Source: Cycas panzhihuaensis (lineage: Eukaryota > Plantae > Cycadophyta). Taken from it: a stretch of DNA of 64,000 nt. The DNA lies in NCBI GenBank assembly GCA_023213395.1, contig CM041465.1, positions 224,943,741 through 225,007,740 on the forward strand, in the 5' to 3' direction. Under the pieces are notes generated by a model. It ran no database searches. It saw nothing but the letters and a program-made list of their open reading frames with translations, and was not told where the DNA came from. A program made the position numbers and the translations under genes. Positions 53,821-64,000 of this stretch are shown here, in pieces. The stretch's first letter is position 1; each line of letters starts with the position of its first letter.

Positions 53821-54687
53821 GTGATTATATAATGGATCACTTTTTACAAATAAGTAAGTGATCAATATACAAGATTGTAGGCCAATGTGGAAGTTGACAT
53901 CATTGGGTGTACACAACTTGAAACTCAAATGTAGGATGCATAATCAACCCAATAACCTCTAACTTGTGTCCAACATGTAGTTGAGGTTGTTGAAGGGATG
54001 CCTAGGCTTTTAGTAGAATTAAGTTGGCCTTCACCTGCGATACCTGCAATTGTGCTTGGTGATGAAATCCAAGTCACAACGGAGCCTAGGTACTCCCAAT
54101 CCTCACCCAGTTCACCAATGAGCAACTATATACATCCTCTAAAGAGTGGCACGTGCCTACCCATGGCTATGACAGATATTGGATTGGGTATATTTTAATC
54201 TTATATTAAAGTTTCAGTTTTCTTGGTTGGTTATCAGGATGATCCCTTATTAAGGTACAATGGTATGGCTAACCAAACCTCACCAATATTCCGGTTCAGT
54301 CCAGTCCCAACTTGAAACCCACACCTCCTTTATGGCATGGCATTCTACCAACTAAGGTATTTCAACCTTGGCGAGCGTGTGAACAGGTACAAGATGGCAG
54401 AAAATAATATACGTGAGGCGTTCCTTTTAGGGAGAGTGAAAAAATTATCGAATTTGCATCAAACATACATATAACTAAAAATAGAATGCTTGCTTGGAGT
54501 GTCTTTAGAGTGCTTGCTTGAAGTGATTTTGGAGTGCTGAAATATAATGTTGATAAGTGAGTGAGGACACTGGATATTGCTCCAATCCAGGTGCTTTTTT
54601 ACTCACTTTTACAATGAGCTTTTAAGCCTTATAAAAAGGAAGAAAATTTCTTCACTTTGTTTTTTTTAATACAAAAAAAAAATAGTC

Positions 54688-55030
54688 TTCACTAAAATAG
54701 TAATAACTTTCTCCCACGATAACAAAATTGAGTGCTGGTTTTTGTGCTAGAAACTAGACTCAGAGCTTCATCTTCAGAAAGTGGAATCATGTCCAAATGA
54801 GCTCTAGAAAAAATTTAGCAGTCCTGCAAAGTTGGCAGAATATATTTTTCCAGAATTCTTACTAAAAATAACTGCTATTCACTAAAACAGTAATAACTTC
54901 CTCATACAGCAATGAAATTGGGTGCTAGGTTTTGTACTAGAAACTAGACTCAAAGTCTCACCTTTACCAATTGGAACCAGGTCAATTGGAGCTCTGTAGA
55001 AGATTTTGCAGACCTGTGAAGTTCAGCAAG
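54688..55030. repeat. Two-copy diverged repeat (period ~190 bp) in the 5' leader of F1
   Basis: cactaaaaYagtaataactt...gtgct...ctagaaactagactca...gagctct occurs at 54690 and 54880. Confidence 0.8.
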
Positions 55031-55839
55031 CAAATTTTATTTCTGCAGAAATTTTAGCTTACTAATATCTCATCAACACATGATACCATATGAAATTTCC
55101 ACTATTTTTTTATCACCAGGATCCCAATATGAGCAAGGTGAGAGCATATAATGATGGATATTTTAAATGACTCTAAATTCTTTAAAAAAAGTGGGTAGAA
55201 CCTCCCCTTACAATCATTCTTCTAAAAGCTAGAAAAATTTCGACAGCATTTCCCCTTATTAAATGGACAAAAGGAGGGGAAAGAAAAGAAGAATAAGATA
55301 GCATAAACGGCCACCAAAGGATTGGAATCCTTGGGCCTTACAACTCCTTGTATTTTGTTTCCAAACCTACAAAAGAGAAAGGGAAAGCAAACAATACTAA
55401 ATATGCTATGATAAGAACTTGAAAATATTTCTAAATCCACTTTCACAATCTCCTTTACCACATGGATTGTGGGAGAAAAGGAAGTGATGGCTCCATTGCA
55501 AGTGCAAGTGAGGAATATGAAGGAAGCAAGCTCTGATATCACATGAAAAGAGTGGATCTATCCTTCATCTCCATGCACTAAACACAAAAGCAAACATGGG
55601 AGCAAGAGAGACTTGAGAGAAAGAGAGTAGCTCTCACAAAATGGGGAGGTAAAAATGAGCCTCCTCCATTGAGTTTCTACTTTTATATTGAGAGAGGGAG
55701 CATTAGAGTTAGGTGAAATGAAATTACACATAATACACATGAAAGTGCATTTCACTTAAGTGATCTAATTTAAAGTTTACTTAAGACTCTTTAGAAATAA
55801 TCAACTAATGTAATGACCTTGTGACATTAACCCGTTTCA

Positions 55840-58800
55840 ATCTCCCCCTTAATGGTAGAAGGTCATTTCATTCTATTTTATTCTATCCTATGAGGTCTTC
55901 ATTTGAGCCTCTTACAAAGTAAACTACTATGACACTTTTGTGGGAAACCCTCATGGGGAAGAAAACTGACAAATTTTCTAATCTACTAACCTGGATCAAG
56001 CATCTCTTTAAATGAATCCAAATAGCCAATCAATACAATGAATTTTGTAGCTAAAATCTACTGAGTCTCCATATACCATCGGGTCATCCCCCATGCCCTT
56101 TCGGGTTTTCACATGTTCTGATTTTCCAAAATGATTCAACCCTTATCCTTTCATGCCCATAAGGGGTTTTCACGAATGGGATAGAGCAGAGACTTACTCT
56201 TGTCCTTTCGCGCCCACAAGGGGTTTTCACGAATGAAACAGAGTATGATGGTCATATTGTCATCTTCTTCAATCAGTCAGAGATCGAGGCCCTAAGACCA
56301 AGTTGCCTTCGAAACTGTTCAAACTTCACCCTCTTTAGTGGTTTGGTGAAGATATCAGCCACTTGATCTACTGTGGGGTAGTACTCTAGTTGAAATGTGC
56401 CATCATGAACTAGTTCTCTAATCCTGTGGATTTTCGTACTTATATGTTTGGTACGATTGTGAAATACAAGATTTTTAGCCATTTGGATTGTAGATTGATT
56501 ATCTACATGTAAGCTAGTAGAACTTGTTTGGGTGGCATTTAATGTATTCAACAATTTTCTAAACCATATCACCTCCTTGCTTATCTCAGAAGTAACAATA
56601 TATTCAAATTTCGGTTGAGTGCAGAACTATCTTACGTAAATGCGGATCTCCATGATATTGGTGCTGTTCCAAGAAATGTTACATACCTAGACATAGATCT
56701 TCTTGTGTTTTTATCTCCAACAAAGTTTGAGTCTGTGTATGCACAAAGTTTAAATTCTACATTGGGTTCATACAATAGACCATATTTGTTGGTCGTCTTC
56801 AGGTACCTCAACACTCGTATTGCAGCTTGCCAGTAATTCTGCTTAGGATTTGTCATGAATCTTGCAAGAATATCGACAGGGTGTGAAATATTTGGCCTTG
56901 TGTTGGTAGGATAGATGAGGCTACCTACAAGTTGCCTGTAGAGTGTTGCATCTGCCTCCCTAGTGTCACCATCAGCTGAGAGTTTAACATTAGGTTCCAT
57001 AGGTGTAACCACTGGTTGAGCACCTTCCAATTGAAGCTTTGTGAGAAGATCGTTGATATATTTTTCTTGGGAGAGAGAGATTTTACCATTCTTTTGAGTT
57101 ACTTCAATTCCCAAGTAATATTTCATCAACCCGAGGTCAGACAATTCAAAAGTTCTAGCAAGGTCTTTCTTCAGTTGGCTGATTACCTGTTCACTATTAT
57201 AACGTACAAATATTAAAAGGTAAAGCATTTGATGAATAGTGTTGCATCAATATCTTGATAGTCACAAACCTCATATCCAAGTTGCCTCATTCTTTCAGAC
57301 AACTTGGTAAACCAAGCACGAGGGGCTTGTTTTAGGCCATACAAGGACTTTCTGAGCCTACAAACCTTATACTCCTGACCGACAATCTCGTATCCTTTTG
57401 GCTGAGCCATGTAAATTTTTTCTTTAATGTCCCCATTGAGAAATGTAGTCTTAACATCAAGTTGGTGCATTTTCCAACCCTGTTGAGCAGCCAAGGCTAT
57501 AAGAGTTCTGATTGTAGGCCACTTGGTTGTAGGAGCAAAGATTTCAGTGTAGTCGATGCCTTCCCTTTGCATGAATCCTTTTGCTACTAGCCTCGCCTTG
57601 TGTTTTTCTAGGGTGCCATCTAATCTGTACTTGTTTTTGAACACCCATTTGTTTTGAACTACCTTTCTTCCAAGTGGTAGATCAACAAGCTCCCATGTAC
57701 CGTTCTTGATAAGAGATTGGTACTCTTCGTTCATGGAATTTCTTCAAATTGCATGCTTTATAGCTTCTTGGTACATTAGGGGTTCTTCATTAAGAGAAAG
57801 GTGCAATTCTATTGGTTCTAGCTCAACAGAAAGTGATTCATACATCCTTGCTCTATGGGCACTTCTAGTGCCAGTTTTGCCTACCTCATCTAGTTGCATA
57901 TGTTTGTGTAGCTGGTAGGCTTCACGAAAACCTCGAGTTGGGAATGAGGTTTTCATTTCCACAGCCTCTTGGTCTTCATTTTGATCCTAAAAAAGATCGT
58001 GTGAAATGTGTGGCACGGAGGAAGTTGACGATGCTGGAGAAGATGGGCCAGCCACTAATGTTGGAGAAGATGGTCCTTCTGCTATGGCTTTGCCTTTGTC
58101 AACTTGGCTATTCGCAAATGATGGTGTTGGATATATACACATTGGTTGGGAGTCACAACTTGTATCCTTCGAGGCTCTATTGTCAGATTCCAAGATTTCA
58201 AGCAACTGTTAAGCATCTCCCCCCCTAAATTTTGGAATGTGGACATCAAATTCAGTAGCATCATTAAATTAGTATGAAGGTATCTTGGAGTCAAGTCTGA
58301 GTAATTGATCTTCAGTCTCTACAAAGGTAACATGTCTAGTGATGATAATTTTGCATTGTAAAGGTATAAAAACCTTGTACCCCTTTTTGTCCACAGGGTA
58401 TCCGACAAAAATATCTTTGAGGGCTCTATCTTGGAGCCTATTTCTGTGTTCCTCCAGAATGTGAGCATAACAAGTAGAGCCAAAAATTTTGAAGTGGGAG
58501 ATAGAGGGGTGTTGTCCATACCACATTTCATATGGAGAGGGGCCGAGCTTGGAGGGACTAACAATGTTGATGCAATACACGACAGTCTAGATAGCCTCAA
58601 CCCAAAGATAGACAGGGACATTCTTATATAACAGCATAGCATGAGCCATGTTCATGATGGTCCTGTTCATGCACTCGACAACTCCATTTCTTTGAGGTTT
58701 ACACTGCAATGATGGTTTGATGTTTGATTCCATGCTGACGTAGGTACGATTCAAACTCATTGGATGTGTACTCGCCACCATTGTCAGTCCTAAGTATTTT

Positions 58801-59894
58801 GATCTTGAATCCAAATTCATTTTCCATGCGAGCCTTGAAAGCTTGAAACATAGAAAAGGCTTCTTGCAAGAAAAGCAACCCATACTTTCTTGGTAAAATC
58901 ATCAATGAAAGTAATATAGTACCACTTATGTTTGAGAGAAGGGATGGGCATAGCACCGCATATATCTGAGTGTACAAGCTACAAAGGTTGGCTAGATTTT
59001 CACTGACTACGAGGAAAGGGTTTTCTTTGAGATTTGGCAATGATACATGCTTCGCATTTGAAGGGCTTAGAGGAGAGCCTAGGCATACCAAGAAGAATAG
59101 CATGTAGTTTTCTTAAATGATCAATTTTGATATGGCCCATACGAGCATGCCATAGGGCCACTTGGGACAACTTTTGAGGAGTCAGGGTAGTGATAAAAGC
59201 AAAGTCATCATCAACATAGTTAGCTTCAAAGGATGGTGAGCCAGTTAGGCGAAAAAATTTGCCATTAAGAATTCCGGTCATAACCACAGCATTTGAAGGA
59301 GGGTGAATGACACAGAGAGTTTGATTATTTGCAGTTATACTCAGATCAAATCCACGAGAGACAAGGGTGGACAGGGAGAGAAGGTTACGCCCGGGCGAGA
59401 ATATATAAAACATCAACAAGGGTAAAATCTAGAAGGCCTGGGAGTTTCAGGCAAACAGTTCTAAGTCCTTCGATTGACTGAGATGATTTGTCAGCCATGT
59501 GTACAACACCACGAACTTCAAAGTCAAAATCTTGAAAGAACAAGTGATGGCAAGTCATGTGTTGTGTTGCTCCAGTATCCATGATCCAAGATGAAGTATT
59601 TGAGGTGGCACTATTTGCAACTTCAAGTGGTGAAGGGAAAAGTGAATAAGCATAGCCACAATGAGCCTCAATATACTTAGTGGATCTATCAACAACATTT
59701 GATGAAGTGGTTCCAATTCTTTGAAGGTGTGCATGAGCAAATTGTGTTCCACCAAAAGCATCTTCAAACAAAGTATTATCAACATTATATGCACCATGGT
59801 GTTGTTGATAGCTTGGTAGTTTGTTGGTGGCAGTTCTACAATTTTTGGCATAGTGTCCTTTTCTATTACACCTTTGGCACACAATTATTTGATT
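55840..59894 (-). mobile_element. Second, 5'-truncated Copia internal region 'F2' sharing the middle LTR with F1
   Basis: PPT reverse complement atctccccc directly follows LTR 55544-55839. The region is colinear with 48563-52636 and stops in gag just past the CQRCNRKGHYAKNC knuckle. Confidence 0.92.
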
Positions 59895-60526
59895 TCCACC
59901 TTAAGAGCTAGTAAAAATGAAGAGGTGATTGGGCCATTGAAAATCATTGTTAAATGTTGGGATAAGTCAACATTGAAGTGTTGTGGATATCTGTCATTTT
60001 AAGTACTGAAGAATGACATTGAAAAGGTATTAGAAAGGTGAATTCTAGACCTTTGAAAAGGGTCTCAAAGTCATTTGGGATATTTCGAAGAATGTTCTTG
60101 GTTAAAGTCATACAACTTTAGGCCCTTCAAATATTTTTGACCTCTATATTTGGTAGACATGCGACACAGGTGACGCGGAATAACGAGTTTTCTTCAATCT
60201 TAATGGATTGAATGAAGCCAGAGGCGAAGGACACCTAACATAAGCCCTATGCATACCTGACAATCGAGGGAAAATGCCAATGCAAATTGCAGGATATGTC
60301 ATACTCCATGGTCCAGGCCAAGGACCTACATACAAAGGCCACAAGACGTGCGCTCAAGGCCTTACTGTGATAACCTTGCACATAGCCATTACAAATTGTG
60401 ATAAGGCCATGTAGAATCAAAATGCTTTGAGATGCCCATCATAGTTGGAGAACACACACCTGAGTAGAGATAGAATATTTCCACTTAGCCATGACCCTAT
60501 TGAGATATGCCACTCATAGTTGAGAG
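59895..60526. repeat. ~630-bp direct duplication, copy 2 (carries the empty Copia F target site)
   Basis: Same sequence as 47625-48264, but it continues gagag-ccatcg with no LTR. Confidence 0.93.
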
Positions 60527-61285
60527 CCATCGTTGTTAGGAAGAAGCTAAGCCACAATACGAAGGATAAACACAAGAAAACAAGCCTCACACCCTTTCAC
60601 AAAGTTGCCCAAGGCATGAATACTCATTGGAGAAGGAAAACGACGTTTTCAGCATGCATAATCATTGATGTATGTGTTAAAAATGCATGCAATGACATGC
60701 ATTGGCACACATAGCACTGGACTTGACAAAAGTAGCTTAAAATCACGAGAGAAACACCTAAATCTGAGCATAAATAGGATTTTTTGGTGGAGGAGGAATT
60801 GTGTTCGTGCCCTTGGATAAGAATATTCCATTTTGGACTTTGGACCAAAAAAGGTTTTTCTTTGTCTAAAGTTGAGGTGGCATTAAATCATATTTGATAA
60901 AATTTGGATCCTATAGTAGAGCCCATTGCCTGTTAGCCCATAGTCATATGGTCTATAGGGTGCCAGGGCATTATCTAGCCAATGCAGAGTCTGTTTTGGA
61001 CATGTGAATATACCACAATGTTCAATTTTTTGATATCTACAATCTTGCAGTGGTCACATGCAACACTTCTATATAAAATTTTGAACAAAAATCAAAATTA
61101 AGTGGTTTTTGTCTCATTTCTGCTACCTACAAGTAGATTGGGCAAGCAATATCACTTATACTAGCTACTTGGATGTAGACTGAAGAATTTCATAGCTTTC
61201 ATGCTTTATTTTTGTGTTGTTTTAGTTGCTTGCCAATTATTTATGAGTGTTTTTCAGTTAAAAATTGCTACTAAAGGAAGCATAA

Positions 61286-63821
61286 TGGGTTCAATCATGG
61301 AAAAGCTACTTGGTCCTAAAAATTATACTTCTAGAAACATCAAATGTTTCGTTTCTTTCATTTGAATGATCCTCGGAAATATGTTGATAATGCGAAAAGA
61401 TGCAAGTGAAATCAATGCTTTCAAAAATAAACTAAACACAGATGTTGACTTTAATGTTGAATATCAATCTAAAATGCGTGTAACATTTGGTTTTCTAAGC
61501 ATGTCAATTAGTGGAAGCATCATATTGCACATTAAGGGCACTACTACATAGAAGCAAATATGGGACATGATCGCGAACCTGTATAAACACAAGGACGATG
61601 TGAAGAGCCCTTAACTTGCGGAGTCAATTGTACAGTTTGAAGATGATAGGCGTAATGATGGAGCACATGAGAATTGTGAGATCTATATAGAATCAACTGA
61701 TGATTGTAGGAAAGATCATACTTGATTCAGAGATCATAGGTTGCATTCTGAGGAGTCTACCTCTCCAATATCAGAACTTTTCAACCGCATTGACATTGTC
61801 TAATAAATTGTCCACTATGACAATTGGTTCTTTGGAATTCCTGCTTATGGAACATGAGCAGAAATTGAAGCAGATGCATGGTGAGTCATCTGGAGCACTG
61901 GTGTCTAGATCGAAAGGGAAGAAGCCCTACATTCCAAAGAAGAACACACCTTCTAAACCAATAGTTTAAAAGGACAAACATAGAGATTCAAAGGGACAAT
62001 ACAAACCAAAATGTTACAATTGTGGGAAATTGGGACACATCAAAAAGGATTGTTAGGAATGGCAGTAACAACAGTGTTCACAATAGCATCAACAACAACC
62101 TAGTAGCAAAAGCAATAGTAGCGACAACAACGACCATCTGGACAATGCGGTCATGTGACAAATGCAATAGAGGACATACCTGTTGAGATTGCAAAGTGGT
62201 TTCTTGTTGTAGCACATAAGATAGGATCTGTTGCGCAGGATGTTTCATTTATTGATTTAGGTGCATCGAGGCATATGATTGACAGACTAAAATGGTTTTT
62301 TCAAATGTGGAAGATGAATCAAAAGGTTACTATTATGGATGACATTGATCTGGAAGCCATAGGTGTTGGAAAAGTACCATTCATCATGCAAAATGGTGAA
62401 CAATAGTATTTGGATAATGTTTTGTATGTACTAAATTTGAAGGCAAATGTTGTTTCTATAGGTGAAATTAAACAACAAGATATGACTGTAACATTTGTTT
62501 GAGGATAGCGCACGATCTAAGACAAACAAAACAAGATTGTAGCCAAAGGGCTTAGAGAAAATAATTTGTATAAACTGCAAGGACAAAGTACAAAGAGAGT
62601 TCTTTGTTGTATCTCTTAAATAAAAATTATGGCATGAAAGTATGGGTCATTTGAACTGCTCTAGTCTCTAATGGATGCATAAATTGAAAATGGTGCATGG
62701 TCTTTTTATGATAAATGTTAAAAGTTGTTTGTATGAACCTTGTGTTTTTGGAAAACAGTATAGAGAGCCATTTTTGAAGAAGAAAGATCGAAGAGCTAGA
62801 AAATAGTTAGGGTTGGTTCACTTAGATATCTATGGACCAATTGTTGTTATCTCAGTTGGTGGAGTAAGATATTTCATCATTTTCATTAATGACCTTTCAT
62901 AAAAAGTTTGGATTTTTCCATTGAGGGAAAAATCTAAATCCTTCATCTACTTCAAACAGTTTAAGGAGTTGGTAGAGAATGAAAGTGGACACAAGATTAA
63001 GGTCTTGCAGACTGACAATGGTGGAAAATACACTTCAAATGAGTTTACTTAGTTCTGCAAGAATCATGGAATCGAGAGGTAGTTTCCTACTGCCTATACA
63101 CTTCAACAGAGTGGAGTTACTGAACTGATAAATAGAGTCATGGTTAAAAAAGCCAAAGCTATGGTGAAAGGCAAGAATGTAACAAATATTTTATGGGCAG
63201 AAGTTGTGAACATACCTACATATCTGACAAACAGAAGCATTACAAGGGTTGTTAGGAATATAACACCTAAGCAAACTTAGTCATATAAGAAATTGACTAT
63301 TTGTCATCTAAGAGTCTTTGGGTGTATAGTGTACATGCATATCCTAAAGGAAAAACAACAAAAGTTGGACAATAAAAGCACAAAGTGCATCCTTGTTGGA
63401 TAGTCAGATGAAAAGAAAGCATATAGAGTATATGAGTTGTCGACAAGGAAGGTTCATAGAATTCGTGATGTAATCTTCCATGAAGATGAGAGTCTAGATG
63501 TTGGTTCAAGTCATGTTGAGGGCCAGGTTGATGAGCTACCTGAATGCAGTTCTTCATATGATCTTGTTCAACCTGAATATGAGCCGTTTGACATTGTTAC
63601 AGCAACAGAGTTGAAATCCTTTTAGTTTCCAGAATCTGAATTTAAGTAGAAGCCAAAGATAGAGTCAAATCCAAAGCTCGAGAAATTGTTTATGCCTTCA
63701 CCTTCGTCTTCAAAGAAAAAACTTTTAAATGGTATTTGAAAACTATGGAGGGTGCTAAAATGTTATTACCTGAATTCGAGGGAGAGTGGAAGTCAAAATC
63801 GTGACCTTCTCAATAGGTGAA
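61286..63821 (+). pseudogene. Degenerate Ty1/Copia 'G' gag-protease-integrase
   Basis: [54 protein letters not shown] and KLDNKSTKCILVG, with many stops. Its LTR was not identified. Confidence 0.88.
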
Positions 63822-64000
63822 TGTAGTGATCTAATTCTACTTTTATAGCAATTTTCCTCAAAAATACAAGTAATAATCCACAAAAACAATAACTAGATGC
63901 TATTCAACAAGAAAAATGAACAATGAACAAGAATTACAAAATCCACAGAAGTAAATAATAGTCTTTATTGTCAAATAATACCAAAATAGAGCAAAAGTTC
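63822..64000. mobile_element. Probable start of another nested LTR, running off the right edge
   Basis: Copia coding similarity fades and an A-rich tract starts with tgtagtg, like the minus-strand LTRs elsewhere in the window. Confidence 0.4.

Larger units (their letters stand above)
48265..55839 (-). mobile_element. Ty1/Copia 'F1', complete LTR-internal-LTR unit
   Basis: LTRs at 48265-48562 and 55544-55839; PBS reverse complement gctctgatatca at 55530-55541; PPT reverse complement atctcccccc from 48563. Broken gag-pol spans ~48993-53527 (LRTDNGGEY, LVAKGF, LRKSLYGLKQAPRAW, FVDD, RTKHI). Confidence 0.94.

Overview
Eukaryotic, AT-rich and strongly CpG-depleted land-plant DNA. Giant introns filled with old nested LTR elements suggest a large genome such as a gymnosperm or fern (inference). 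The only host coding sequence I found is one 106-bp exon (29142-29247, +) from the C-terminal catalytic domain of a PARP2-type poly(ADP-ribose) polymerase; the ORF track misses it. No neighbouring exon is recognisable, so the window appears to be two huge introns (>29 kb and >34 kb). These hold a hAT transposase relic, two L1 LINE relics, four Ty3/Gypsy elements (B and C, with C-terminal chromodomains, are full length), one non-autonomous LTR element, four Ty1/Copia insertions (one a three-LTR tandem), solo LTRs and a poly(A)-tailed insert. All TE coding regions are broken. Several nesting events can be resolved to the base from TSD, PBS and PPT. The most novel-looking signals are non-coding: a twin-hairpin motif shared by four otherwise dissimilar LTR families, DRE/CRT arrays in their U3 regions, conserved Copia 5'-leader blocks, and A4-bulged hairpin repeats in a Copia 3' UTR. 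I found no new protein-coding system.
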